Notes: generated by a model from the sequence alone, not told the origin. A stretch of DNA of 64,000 bases from Octopus sinensis (GCF_006345805.1 NC_043003.1:105958001-106022000); one strand, 5' to 3'; shown: positions 41,315-54,455, counted from the first letter of the stretch. Program-made: numbers and translations.

Positions 41315-42019
41315 CTGCAAAATAAAGACAAAAATATTTAAATTTCTTACATGTGTTGTTATTTAACCGTAGGCCAGTCATGATCGAGCTGGCCTATGGT
41401 CATAGGCATTCCAGAGGGAACTAATCTCAGTTGTGATATGAAGGACATTATTTGGCTGCTATTTCTAGCAGGCCCCGTTATTCCATTATTATTAATGCGT
41501 TTCAAATTATTTTTTGATCCTCATTTGTTATGAGATGTTACATGTAGCTGTTTTTGTTGTTGTTACAAATGTGGTTGCTGTTTGAGTTGATGTCAGCCCT
41601 TATCAACAAGACATATGATCAAAATCATCCCAATCATGACCATCTCATCTTTAAGGAAATATGTTTCGATGTTATTACAATCTCATCAGCAAAGTATACC
41701 TGTTGCCGTATTTACCGAAGATAAAACAGAATAGTTAAAGTGACTGTAAATGACACTTAAGAGACATGTCGGGAAACATAGTCCAATGTGTGATTTCCTT
41801 TATATGATAGGGTGTGATTTAAATGAAATTCGGTTGCTATTTCTTGCATGTTCAGCCCAAGGACTCCGTCGTACACCGCTATACGTTATATTCATGTACC
41901 TTTACTCGGGCTTGATTTCAAGTCTTTAAGTTTCTTTTCAGGCGTCGATTTGACGACAAATTTATTGTACGCAACGTAAATATCTTAGATTTGTAATGTT
42001 TCGTCCTAGATTCAAGTTC

Positions 42020-43030
42020 CTTTTCTACTCTAGGCACAAGGGGAGGGGAGGGGGCTACTTAATTTATCGACCCCGAAAGGATGAAAGGCAAAGTCGACCG
42101 CGGCGGAATTTGAACTCAGAACGTAACGACAGACGAAATACCTATTTCTTTACTACCCACAAGGGGCTAAACACAGAGAGGACAAACAAGGAGAGACAAA
42201 CGGATTAAGTCGATCACATCGACCCCAGTGCGTAATTAGTATTTATTTAATCGACCCCGAAAGGATGAAAGGCAAAGTCGACCTCGGCGGAATTTGAATT
42301 CAGAGCGTAGCGGCTGACGAAATACGGCTACGCATTTCGCCCGGCGTGCTAACGATTCTGCCAGTTCGCCGCCTTCCTAGATTCAAATTCCACCGAGGTA
42401 AACTTCAGCCGTTATCATTGTGCTTTTTAATTTCGTCTGAACAAGAAATATAGTATTCATAGTCTTTATTGGCTGAGTTAAATATAGTTTCTGTTCAGTT
42501 TAAAGCTCCAGGAATATAGCTACTGTCTAACATCACTATGACCAAAGAACAAGACAGTATTGTTTAGTCTGTCAAACGGCGAGCTGGCAGAAACGTTAGC
42601 ACGCCGGGCGAAATGTGTAGCCGTATTTCGTTTGGCATTACCTTCTGAGTTCAAATTCCGCCGAGGTCGACTTTACCTTTCATCCTTTCGGGGTCGATAA
42701 ATTAAGTACCTGTTACGCACTGGGGTCGATATAATCGACTTAATCAGTTTGTCTGTCCTTGTTTGTCCTCTCTGTGTTTAGCCCCTTGTGGGTAGTAAAG
42801 AAATAGGTATTTCGTCTGAGTTCAAATTCCGTTCTGAGGTCGACTTTGCTTTTCATCCTTTCGGCATCGATAAATTAAGTACTAGTTGCGTACTTCGTTT
42901 GAGTTCAAATTCCGCCGAGGTCGACTTTGCTTTTCATCCTTTCGGGGTCGATAAATTAAGTACCAGTTGCATACTTAATCAACTGGACCCTTCCCCCAAA
43001 ATTTCGGGCCTTGTGCCTAGAGTACAAATG
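42020..43030. mobile_element. Two oppositely oriented family A SINE clusters (42020-42375 minus; 42577-43030 plus)
   Basis: Family A core repeated five times; other copies at ~17165-17305, 27585-27790, 36050-36280, 54792-55025, 55581-55795, 61470-61670. Confidence 0.85.
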
Positions 43031-43562
43031 ACTTTTGTTTATTCTCGATGAGAAATCGAAAAAGACAATTTCACATCTAAATTAAATTTAATCAAGATAT
43101 CGTTGGGTTATTTAATGCAAGGAGCATTATAAGGCTCACTAGAAATAAATGTGAGACGGATAAAAACACCAAGGTCGACTTGGCCTTCGTCCTTTCGCAA
43201 TCGTTAAAATAAGTACTAGTTGCGCATTGGGACCGATGTAATAGAGTTGTTCCCTCTCCCGAACTTGTTGGCCTTATTTGAAACCAATATAATTGTCGCT
43301 TTTCCTGCAAATATGGGATACAGCTCTGGATATGTTCTGATGTTATTACAGCCTCATTAGCAAAGTGTATCTGTTGCCGTACTTGCCGAACATAAAACAG
43401 AATAGTTCAAGTGACTGTAATAGACACTTAAGAGATAAATTCATGAGTCAGTTTCGATTTTCCCTTCATCTTATTACGTTAGTAGTCTTGAGAAGTGCTT
43501 AGAAGTAACTAAATCATACTTAACTTGTCCTCATAGATTTGTAAGAAATCATTGTAATTTAC

Positions 43563-43683
43563 CTGAAAGATTGGAATTGTCTACGCGCCACTCAATAGAG
43601 AAATTGCTGGTTGAGGTGATATAGACTGTGAGTTTTAAGGACTGATTTGTTAAAACTTTAGTTGGTAAGGGTTCAAACAAGAC
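43563..43683 (-). CDS. REJ/PKD-domain gene, exon 6 of 8 identified
   Basis: Acceptor ctccttcacag|, donor |gtaaat; VLFEPLPTKVLTNQSLKLTVYITSTSNFSIEWRVDNSNLS; phase 0/1. Confidence 0.8.
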
Positions 43684-43965
43684 CTGTGAAGGAGATATAA
43701 AAAAATAGTGTTTAAAAGAAAAACGACGACTTTACAGTTTACATAACTGTCTATGGTCTTCATGTTTACCTCCATGTCAACTATGACGCTGAGAAAAACT
43801 GTTTTACATATGCAATACGGCCATGGCCATCCCGCAGGAGCATGATGTGTGGTTAATAGGTTTGCTGCACCTTGGGCAAGTGTCTTCGCCTATAACCACA
43901 AAATGGCCAGTGTCTTGTGAGTAGAATTCGGTTGACGGAACTGCACAGACAGCCGTATGCACATG

Positions 43966-44025
43966 CATATATATATGTATATATATATATATATATATGT
44001 ATGTATATATATATATAATATATAT

Positions 44026-44070
<45 letters not shown>

Positions 44071-44098
44071 ATAATATATATATATATATAGATATATG

Positions 44099-44157
<59 letters not shown>

Positions 44158-44197
44158 AGTATATATATATGTATATGTATATATATAATATTATATA

Positions 44198-44242
<45 letters not shown>

Positions 44243-44306
44243 ATATATATATATATATATATATTGTATGTATGTATATATATATGTATAGTATATATAT
44301 ATATAT

Positions 44307-44340
<34 letters not shown>

Positions 44341-44357
44341 TATTATATATATGTATG

Positions 44358-44394
<37 letters not shown>

Positions 44395-44410
44395 ATTATA
44401 TGTATATTAT

Positions 44411-44443
<33 letters not shown>
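43966..44443. repeat. Long imperfect (TA)n microsatellite
   Basis: Direct inspection. Confidence 0.95.
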
Positions 44444-44446
<3 letters not shown>

Positions 44447-44952
44447 ATCAAAATAAAAATAAAAATAAAAACATGAGGCGAAGGATTCAGCGGTACATAT
44501 TTTCGGGCCTTTATTAGACAGATACATAACAAATCATAATGTATGTCTGTGGCTTCTTCAGCCGCTCACAACAGCTTCCACAAGGACATGTGTTAGTTCC
44601 GAAATTCTTGGTTGGGGATGCAAATCTTCTCGTTCCCGTATGACAAAATGCGGCAGCAGCATCGAATTGAATCGTCCATCTCCTTCTTCTCATTCTACAT
44701 TGAGAGAAGAAGGAGATGGACGATTCAATTCGATGCTGCTGCCGCATTTTGTCATACGGGAACGAGAAGATTTGCATCCCCAACCAAGAATTTCGGAACT
44801 AACACATGTCCTTGTGGAAGCTGTTGTGAGCGCTGAAGAAGGCCACAGACATACATTATGATTTGTTATGTATCTGTCTAATAAAGGCCCGAAACATATG
44901 TACCGCTGAATCCTTCGCCTCATGTTTTATTTTTATTTTTATTTTGATCAAT
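44443..44952. repeat. Near-perfect ~250-bp-arm inverted repeat with a hammerhead motif in each arm
   Basis: Arms reverse-complementary around ~44696; the ORF track gives the same peptide on both strands. Confidence 0.95.
44829..44907 (+). ncRNA. Type-I hammerhead ribozyme motif with hairpin insertion in loop II (mirror copy 44489-44566 minus)
   Basis: AGCG-CTGAAGA-A-GGCC-[insertion]-GGCC-C-GAAA-CATATG-TA-CCGCT. Confidence 0.7.
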
Positions 44953-45032
44953 TTACTCCACCACCTACCCACCAAACGGTATACACAGTGCTTATAATTA
45001 TCAAGTACTCACCCCGAATTTCTACACTCAAC

Positions 45033-45063
<31 letters not shown>

Positions 45064-45734
45064 ATATAATATATATATATATATATAAGCTATATTGAGT
45101 TCTCTGTATCTTAAAGCTAATTAGTTCTAGTACGATTTATCAACTGTTCATATGTATATATATGTGTGTGTGTGCGTGCGTGCGTGCGTGTGTGTGTATA
45201 TATGTATGTATGTGTCTGTGTGTGTGTGTGTGTGTGTGCGTATTCAGACTCGTTTGAAATCCGGCATTGTTTTTCGTATTGTGTCCCTTTATGTCTTGGG
45301 GGCCAATACAATCGACTAGCACCTTGAAAGTGGTGCTCCAATATGACCTCAGCTTAATATTTGAATCCAACAAATGAATTAAAAGAAAATTTGTATTTAG
45401 GACAACTTTAAACGCCTTTGTCTGTATGACTTCCCTATGTTTCAAGAAGTTAAGATGTAATATGTTTTCCGAAAGGCTTGGTTGCTATGTTTAGCAGCTT
45501 GAGTGACCATATGTAGGGACTCATTCATCACATTATTATTTGGTGGATAATCAACAGACACGATACAGTAGAGCCAAATAAATAATTTACAATCTTCAAT
45601 CAGACCTTTTTTATGTTCTGAGTTTAAATTACATACAAATTGTTATTATTAATACTTTGTCCCACGTCACCCTTTATTGACCAGATAAATGACCAAAGAC
45701 TTTTAAGTAGTGACCATCCCGTATTTTTTCAGAT

Positions 45735-45897
45735 AGGCGTAGGAGTGGCTGTGTGGTAAGTAGCTTGATTACGAACCACATGGTTCCGGGTTCAGTCCCA
45801 CTGCGTAGCACCTTGGGCAAGTATCTTCCACTATAGCCTCGGGCCGACCAAAGCCTTGTGAGTGGATTTGGGAGACGGAAACTGAAAGAAGCCCGTC

Positions 45898-45977
<80 letters not shown>

Positions 45978-46225
45978 TGTGTGTATGTGTGTGTGTGTGT
46001 GTGTGTGTGTTAGTGTGTCTGTGTTTGTCCCCCCAGCATCGGTTGACAACTGATGCTGGTGTGTTTACGTTCCCGTAACTTAGCGGTTCGGCAAGAAGAG
46101 ACCGATAGAATAAGTACTAGGCTTACAAAGAATAAGTCCTGGGGTCGATTTGCTTGACTAAAAAAGGTGGTGCTCCAGCATGGCCATAGTCAAATGACTG
46201 AAACAAGTAAAAGAGTAAAAAGAGA
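45735..46225 (+). mobile_element. Family B SINE, full length
   Basis: Matches 5980-6385. Confidence 0.85.
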
Positions 46226-46779
46226 GTATAGTACGCATTTAGGGCCATGCTGCCCAATGCATCTTTCCTTTATTTTTTAAATAAAAATTATGTGATTTGT
46301 TGGAGATTTGGCTGCTATATTTAGTACTCGACCGGATTCCAGATGTGGTGGGTAACTTAACAGCAGAAGACGTAACTGTGGTCAACCATCCACATTTCAC
46401 AGCTTTGATGACTTGTTTCACCGACCGGTATTTGGCTGTGTGTTTACATGCCATGACAGAACCATACAGAGTGGAATATATAAAAAAAGGAATGGAATGA
46501 TCTGTTAGGTATTTAGTCCGGCGCTTCACCATTTCTGCTCTTCTACGGTGCTTAGATATTTTTTAAATGCGATAACAATACACCCGGTATGTTTATCTTA
46601 GTCGTTCATTTCTCGTTTATAAACATGATTCAAAAATTTATGGCATTAGACTGCATGGGGGAAATTTTACGAGTAAGATTTTACTGAAAAAATATAGTTC
46701 AAATGAAAATATATAAATAATATACTACAGTAAATTATAATGGAAAAGAAGTTATAATAAAGCTAAAAAAGACACTTAC

Positions 46780-46989
46780 TTGAGGTGGTTGACCTGGAAC
46801 AGTAACTATTTGAACAGAAGCAGACGACTTCCTTTCACCTTTTGTCATGGTTAAAGTAAAAATATAGGTGTAAGATAATATGAGACTATCTGCATCAAGT
46901 TTCAAGTCAGGACTCGTAATATTTGGTAAATCCGGGAATAATTTTCCTTTGATATAGCATGGGTTAGGCTGGCTCATTTCAAGGCTTTT
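46780..46989 (-). CDS. REJ/PKD-domain gene, exon 5 of 8 identified
   Basis: Acceptor tttttcag|, donor |gtaagt; 210 nt, KSLEMSQPNPCYIKGKLFPDLPNITSPDLKLDADSLILSYTYIFTLTMTKGERKSSASVQIVTVPGQPPQ (TYxFTLTxxKGxRxS...VxxVPGxPP REJ motif). Confidence 0.9.
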
Positions 46990-47149
46990 CTGAAAAATTA
47001 AAGATTTGAATTTTTAAAAAGCATAGCAGTTTAATAATCTATGTTATATATCTAGGGTAAACACGTCGTCTGTTGGAAATATGTGTTTGGAGAGGACCGA
47101 TCAGGTAAAGGACCTAGGTATCTTGGTGGATTCCTCCTTTTCGCCTTTC

Positions 47150-47776
47150 GCCATGCTGCCAACAAAGCACGCGGAATTCTGTTCTTGATTCGACGGTCAT
47201 TCGGAATGCTCACAGCAGCCATATTCCTACCACTCTATGTCATGCTGGTGAGACCCATATTGGAGTATGGGATTCAAGCCTCTTCTCCTTATCTCCTCAA
47301 AGACATACAGCATCTCGAAAGAGTCCAGAAGCTGGCTACCCGCATGGTTTTTGGTCTCAAAAATTTGTCCTACGAAGAAAGGCTGAGGACGCTCGACCTT
47401 TATTCTCTTGAAAAACGCCGCCGCCGTAGTGATCTCATTACTTTTCCATCATAAGCGGAAAGTGTAACCTCTCGAAAGAGCTGTTCTTCACTCCTGCTCC
47501 AGAGCGTCGGCTGCGGGGTCATTCCGAAAAGCTCTACCTGCGACGATTTCATCTCAATCGAAGGAGAGGAGCTTTCTCCGTCCGGGTTGCGGATCCGTGG
47601 AACAAGCTGCCAGACGAGATGGTAAAGATGCCGACGACCGCTTTGTTCAAAGCCTCCCTGGACCTCAAGTGGCCTGAACTCTTTACATGAACACCACCCT
47701 GTACTTAACTCCATGTCCCCCTACATGGCCTTGCTATTTGCTTTTGAGCCAAATTAACTAACTAACTAACTAACTA
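47150..47776 (+). mobile_element. CR1-clade LINE 3' fragment
   Basis: LYVMLVRPILEYGIQASSPYLLKDIQHLERVQKLATRMV..LSYEERLRTLDLYSLEKRRRRSDLI; (AACT)n tail. Confidence 0.9.
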
Positions 47777-49380
47777 GCGTAAGAAATTATCCTGAATACC
47801 ACAAGATAGTGAAAATGAAACAGCTTTTCAATTTTATGATAATAGGGGCTCAATCTGTTCTATTTTACATCGAGTGGATTGGGATAATTTGAAAGCTATA
47901 TTCATGATTTTTGTGCTGTGAGTACGATTTTGGCAGAGAGCAGAGGATTCTAGCTTCTAGTCTTGAGCGGTCACTTGAAAAACTCTGGTAACATATTTTC
48001 CTTACTGTACATATGATACAGAATTCTTGGGGGCTTTGGAAAAGCTTATGTATAGTGTATATGGGAAACAACCCTCGTAATCAAGGCTTGTCATGTATTT
48101 TATTGTTGTGGGGTTTCTAGTAGAGTCTTTCACGTTTCATAAAATCTTGTTTGGTATAAAGAGAATTTAGAGAATAAAAATGCTTCAGATGTACAATTGT
48201 AGAGAATATTAGGACAATGACATCTGAGCTACCGAACCGAAAAGTTATTAGGATTAAAAAAAACTTACACCGCCAGCCGCAGTGATATTGTTGTAGGCAG
48301 TCCAGTTGAGATTGTGGTCAACAAATACCCCTAAGTCTCTGACACGACCGAACTCTAATGGGTCCTCCACAGAATTTGCTTGTTGAAGCACGAACTTTTT
48401 TTCCATCGTGAATATTTTGTTTTACCTATTCATTTTATTTACAAATGTATTTGTAGTGAAGACACGTGGCTTAGTGGCTAGGGCATTCGGCTCACGTGAG
48501 TTCAATTACCGGCAATGTTTTGTGTCCTTGAGCAAGTCACTTTATTTCACGTTGCTCAAAATGAGTAGTACCTGTATTTCAAAATGAGTAGTACCTGTAT
48601 TTCAAAGAATCAGCCTTGTCACACTCTGTATCACGCTGAATCTCCGTTAAGAATACATGTGTCTGTGGATTGCTCAGCCACTTGCACATAAATTTCACGA
48701 GGAAGCTGTTCCGTTGATCGCATCAGCTGGGGCCCTCGTCGTTGTAATTGACGGAGTGCTCCTTCCTTCTATGTATTTGTAGACTCACGTACCATTAATG
48801 CGCATACATATACACACATGTATAGATCGTTAGCCACTACACACATTTGTTTCTCTCCTTGTTTTTTTCTGTGTCCCTTTCTGTAGAAGAGCTTAGGCTC
48901 GAAACGTAAAAGACTTTTTCTATTCCTGAGCGTTATACTAATACATCTGTTTGTTCTGTACACCACCTGTCTTCGTCTTTTTTTTTTTGTAAACTCTCCC
49001 TTTATATATATATATATATTAATAACGGCCAGCTAAAGAGCGAGAGATGCCTCTAGGAATCCGATAGGGGGCAGCACAGGACAGATATGGTATTTTTACA
49101 TCTTTTTACCATAAGAGATAATTTTTCTCTATGGTAACTATAGTGAATTTGCTTTTAGAATTTAAAATATATTACAAATATATTTAACTAACCTAAAGTT
49201 TGCACCCTCCCCCCACACACATATCCATATCTATATACATATACATGTGTGTGTGTGTGTTTGCGTGTGTGTATGTGTGTGTATGACTATGTATGTTACA
49301 GATGCAATCAGCAATTGTTTATCGCAAAAGTTCCACGTGAAAGAAAGCAACGTAAAAGGAGAGACGCATGAAATGCTTAC

Positions 49381-49496
49381 CCAAGTACAACCCCATACAT
49401 ATTCTTCCGGTACACCAGTTACACCATCTGGATCGTATGAGGGGCTTCCGTTCAGCTCAATTGCCTCACTCACGCCGACACTTCTCTCTGAGCCAC
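49381..49496 (-). CDS. REJ/PKD-domain gene, exon 4 of 8 identified
   Basis: Acceptor ttctttcctccag|, donor |gtaagc; GGSERSVGVSEAIELNGSPSYDPDGVTGVPEEYVWGCTW contains the REJ/PKD hallmark LxGSxSYDPD...YxWxC. Confidence 0.9.
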
Positions 49497-50532
49497 CTGG
49501 AGGAAAGAAGTTTGTGTCATCATTTGAACATTGTCTTCGGATTATTCTGAGCAACATTTTACGGGAGAATCACAACTTTCCGGTCAATAGAGAAACCGAT
49601 TTATAACCGAGAGCCGACATTTGATATTCTGTACCACAGCATTACACTCTGGTCACGACATCGTTTAATAGATAGAACAGTTAGCTGCATCTTTTAGCTA
49701 CGTAAAATGATAAATTTGTAAAGCTCCGCGTGTATGGATGTAGGGTATTTCGTCTTTTGACAGATCGATTCATGTATGCCAAAGCGACACACACATTCAC
49801 CCCTTCATTCATCTTCTTCCGCCCGCTATTCTTTGGATGGCCGTGTAGGTAGAGTTCTCAGGCAACCGACCCATAGGGTCCTATCAAAACCAACCAATCA
49901 ACTATGTATATGTAAACTTTACAACAGATATCTAAAAAGGGCAAATTTAACTAGTTTTCCGTAGATTTAAAAAATAATGAGCAGCCTTAATCGATTTTGG
50001 AACATTATTGACCTTTCAACAGAGGTGTGTACATCAGTTTGACTAATCTCAGAGAAACAACCAATTAAGCAACCAAAAATATATTTGACCCGCATTTTGA
50101 TATTTGCAGTTGATTTCGATTTTAATATATTAAACTGCTTCTAATTTACTTAAATGATAAAATGAAGAATTACATAGGAAAAATGCAATATTTATCTGGA
50201 AGATTAATTATTGAGATAATGAAATGGTAGAGTGTCAACATTGTCGAATTGAATGGTTTGATGCATGGAGAGTTGGATTAGCAGAGTTGTTAGATCATGA
50301 AACAAAATATCTGGTGGAATTTATTTACGGGCCTTTACGTTTTGAGTACGAATCCTACCAAGGTGGATTTTGCCTTAAATCCTTCTGGACTCAACGAAAT
50401 AAAAGACCACTCAAAATGAGGTATCATTCAAGTATTGGGCCTGTTTAATGTTCTCATAAAGCATCTTAAATGCGAATAGAATTCAAGTGAAAGACGAGAA
50501 AAATTGTTCAGTGGCTTTGTACCTTGCTAGAA

Positions 50533-51838
50533 ATTATTATTATTCCTTTGTAACACAGTGTAAGTAAAAATGCACCGGAGTTTTTAGTTATCTGTCAAGT
50601 TACAAGAAACTCAGACAGATAATACTTTCCTGAAGATGTTCGCTGTACCCAATAAGGCTGCTTTTTGCAAGACATCAATCTTGCATGGGATTTCCAGTTG
50701 CCTAAAGAAGTCTTGGAGTTTCAATGGGATTGAGCCCAGCGCTCCGATCACCACTGATATCACTTTTACATTACCCTCTCGCATTCCATACAGTCTTGCC
50801 ATTTCCCCTTTCAATTCAGTGTACTTGGTGAGTTTTTAGACCTCTTTACTCACAACATTTATGTCATTTGGTATGGCTACATCAATGATCTGACAGTATT
50901 TGTCTCTCTTATTCAATATGGCAATATCCAACCGACGGTGTTTGATTACACGATCCGTCTGAAAATCATAGTCCCAGAGTATCGTTACTTTTCCATCTTC
51001 CTGCATAACTTTACTTGGTACATGCTCATACAAGTTCTCGGTTACTTCATATTGGTATTTACGGCTTAAGAGCCAATAAAGATACACACACACACTTTAT
51101 TGTTGCGGCGCTTGTATTTTTTTGTGCAAGGCTCTCACATCCACTTACCAAGTGGGTCACATTTTCCACACTCTTTCCACAGATTCTGCATTTCTGGATG
51201 TCAGAAGTTTTATAGATGTTATACTTCACCGAATTGGTAGCGAGATCCTGGACTTGTGCTGCAATGATCAGGCTTTCGGTGGTACGCTTCAAATCACCTC
51301 GCCCAAGCCATGCCCACGATGCTGTATTATCCTTAACGTCTTGTGTATTCCTTTCAAACTGTCCATGCATTCTCATTTCAAGAAGGTCTTTTCTTCACTT
51401 CTCCTCAGCTGTTTGGTTAAACTCTTCCTTGCCCATCATTTCATCTACATTTACACCCATATCTTTCGTGGCATATTGCAGCAAGTCTTCATCACTATTT
51501 ATCAAATACTTTCTTTTCATATACAGTATGTTTACGTTTGCGTCAAAGTGTAGCGCCTTATGCAGCGTCAACTTTCTCGTCCTTCTAACCAGTGTTGTGA
51601 TATTTCCTCCATAGTCCATTTGAGGATAGACGCACTATATCTGACCACTGCAACTGCCCAGGTATTCATTGTGGTTATCAAATTTTTGGCATTCAGGTTG
51701 GGTTTCAACACCCTCTTCACCCTTTTTTGATACACCTTGCTGGCCTTGACTTTCATTTCTCTGCGTAGAATGCCATCCAGCTCCAAAATCCTTAAATATC
51801 TATACCCACTACTGTCGGGTTCACCCATGACCTCTCTC
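50533..51838 (-). mobile_element. R4/Dong-type LINE 3' half (degenerate)
   Basis: MHGQF..WL.RGDLKRTTESLIIAAQ, CRICGKSVENVTHLVSGC, ILWD..TDRVIKHRRLDI, VVIGALG, LQKAALLGTA; bounded by (TAA)n. Confidence 0.9.
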
Positions 51839-51840
51839 GA

Positions 51841-51896
<56 letters not shown>

Positions 51897-51899
51897 TAC

Positions 51900-52450
51900 T
51901 GTATGAACACTCTCAGCTTATTTTGCTGGGTATGATGGAAAGTGCCAGCTGCCCACAGCCAGCAGACTAAGGTGACACTTGTTTACTTGTCATGCTCCAA
52001 GAACCATGTGAGAAACTCTTGCAGTTCCAAGCAATGCTGATTTTTGTAGGTTTTCTGCCTTCACACTGGCACCAATCTTTTTCAGCCATGTTGATAACTG
52101 GGTGCTGATACTTCCAAGTGCACTAATTTCTATTGGTATCCCATCTACTCTCCTCATTGACCACAACCTTCGCATTTCCCACTTCAAATCGTCGAAGTCG
52201 TTCCGTTTTACTTCTGTCTCTTTGATCCTGTTGTCACCGGGACATGCTACGCCGATTATCTTGCAAGATATTTCTTTTCTATTCACCTCCACAACGTCTG
52301 GTTTCCGATGCCTGGTCAGGTGATCGCACTGAATCATTGCATCCCAGAAAATTCTGGAATCTTCATTCTCGCTCACTCCTTCTAGGGTTTTCTCATACCA
52401 TGTCTTTGCTCTCACTGGATCATTCTTGCCGCAAGTCATATCGTCTCTGG
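51900..52450 (-). mobile_element. Second R4/Dong-type LINE 3' fragment
   Basis: IFWDAMIQCDHLTRHRKPDVV..VACPGD..LQKSALLGTAR; (TAA)n tail. Confidence 0.85.
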
Positions 52451-52521
52451 ACTTAATATCTAATTGATATCGAAATGCTGTATAGAGTGTCTTTGTTATA
52501 TTCAGTATAAATGAAACCTAC

Positions 52522-52638
52522 CTCGAATAATGACTTGTAAAAGTGCATTTTTTACTTTCAACTTAATACTGTTAGTTGAATAGATCGAGCTGTTAGATTT
52601 AACTGTTACATTCAGGGTGAATGTTATCTCGGAACCAC
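52522..52638 (-). CDS. REJ/PKD-domain gene, exon 3 of 8 identified
   Basis: Acceptor tcttgtag|, donor |gtaggt; GGSEITFTLNVTVKSNSSIYSTNSIKLKVKNALLQVIIR-G; phase 1/1. Confidence 0.8.
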
Positions 52639-53035
52639 CTACAAGATAGAATAATTGGCCAATATTATCAGAGTTCTTTACAGAATTTTAACATGTATCG
52701 TTGAAAAAAAATCATTAAAAAAACAATACAAGTGCAGAAATAGAACAATCTTATGTTTTAAACGTACAGCTTTAATTAGAAATTGTTAAAAGCTGACAGT
52801 TACGAAAGAATATATTTTCTCCTAATTCAGTAGCATTGTAAATGTCCCCATTTTTCTGTTCTTTTATTCTTTTACTGATTTCAATTACTGAACATCAGAC
52901 ACCGTTTGAAGGGTTTTTGGTCGATCAAATTGAGTCACATAACTTATTTTTCAGTATCTTCATTGATCGATACTTTCCGAATCCTTAAGTTACGCTTTAA
53001 CATGAAAAGGCACAAAGCGGTTTTACGTTAATTTC

Positions 53036-53422
53036 TCTATATATATAAAGCTGAAGTTGTCTGTATATGGCAAGTTTGGTAGCCTTCAACTAACACCATC
53101 TCCTCCGAGACCCTACGGCGCAAGTTAACCAAAATTGAAAGTATGATAGAAGGCTTGCGCTTCCTTCCGTAGAAGATAAAATTCAAATCGGACCATGTTA
53201 ACACCAAAAATTATTTACATCAAAAAGGTGCTTTTTTTCTATGAAAATCCCTATTTTTTACGATCTTTTGACTGTTGTGTCGCCATTTTTCGTTGTATTT
53301 CAACCAGAAAAATGTTCACTTAAAGAGAATAACAAGCTACATAATGCAAAATTTTTACTTTTCAAAAATTCCAATTCTAAAGGGTCGAAACAAACCCGAG
53401 CAACGCCGGGCGATACTGCTAG
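53036..53422 (+). mobile_element. Non-autonomous Helitron-like element
   Basis: TCTATATATATAAA start; ends CCCGAGCAACGCCGGGCGATACTGCTAG|T; near-identical to 59534-59921. Confidence 0.75.
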
Positions 53423-53491
53423 TAAACATTAAAAATTAGACATAGACACACACACGTCAGGCATTTTCTTACAGCAAAATTCTACTCATAA

Positions 53492-53756
53492 GTTTAATGA
53501 CTTGAAGGCACGTGATATTTCGGTATGCAACCATCATATACTATAACATATATTAAATGATTTTATAAGTCAACACCACGTCCTACTGTGTTAGCAGTGC
53601 TCTTTACATTATTCGAAACGATGTAGTAAACTTAAGATAGTGTAAAGAGCACTGCTAACGCAGTAGGATGTGGTGTTGGCGTATAAAAACATTTAATATA
53701 CTTTATAGCATATTATGGTTGCATAACGAAATACCACGTGTCTACAAGTTATTAAA
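53492..53756. repeat. Imperfect ~120-bp-arm inverted repeat (old MITE/fold-back)
   Basis: Arms reverse-complementary with scattered mismatches, ~25-nt spacer. Confidence 0.85.
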
Positions 53757-53918
53757 ATTTACATATCAGCTCCAGGAATGCGTCTAACATGTAAATTGGT
53801 ACATCCAATAGCATAACACCTCTGTATGCGGTGGCTGTATAAGCAATGTGTAGGTTAGATGGACATTATTTACATTATTTACATTTGACAGATATTTGTC
53901 CTCATCTTGTTTGTTGTT

Positions 53919-53964
53919 AACACAACATTTCGGCTGATATACTCTCCAGCCTTCTTCAGGTGTC
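53919..53964 (-). ncRNA. Minimal type-I hammerhead ribozyme motif
   Basis: GACAC-CTGAAGA-A-GGCTG-gagagtatat-CAGCC-GAAA-TG-TT-GTGTT. Confidence 0.7.
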
Positions 53965-54013
53965 TTGGGGAAATTTCGAACCTGGGTTCTCATTCCTAAG
54001 GTATTCTTTGATG

Positions 54014-54074
<61 letters not shown>

Positions 54075-54382
54075 TTTTTTTTCTTCTTTCAAATTTGCTT
54101 CCATTTCTTGCCGAGTGTCTTCCCGACTCCTAGGGCAAAGACACTCATAGTATACATTGGTAGGCCATTAAACCAAACTCAGTAGTTCGTTCATTTTTTT
54201 TTATTTTTTAAAGTTAAATTAAAATACATGAGCAGCAACAGTTCTCACATCGACAATGCTCTTCTCAATACGTGTGATGTACCAGTTAAGACAATCTTTT
54301 GCACTTCTTGCAGGGATGGTAAGCCAGGGATCATTCTCATATAATTTTCGGTTATTATTATTATTATTATTATTATTGTTAA

Positions 54383-54455
54383 GGTCACTGCTTGGAATCG
54401 AACTCGGAATCTTGGGGTTAGTAGCCCGCGCTCTTAACCACTACGCCATATGCCC
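54383..54455 (-). mobile_element. tRNA-like SINE head followed by (TAA)n
   Basis: TGGCGTAGTGGTTAAG (box A), GAGTTCGATTCC (box B); acceptor stem does not pair, so not a tRNA gene. Confidence 0.6.

Noticed and set aside
44514-44923. Identical peptides on both strands suggesting duplicated genes
   Set aside because: Consequence of the DNA palindrome
46297-46500. Plus-strand ORF with protein-like composition
   Set aside because: No recognisable motif or splice context
54383-54455. tRNA gene
   Set aside because: Acceptor and anticodon stems do not pair properly and it is followed by (TAA)n; treated as a SINE head
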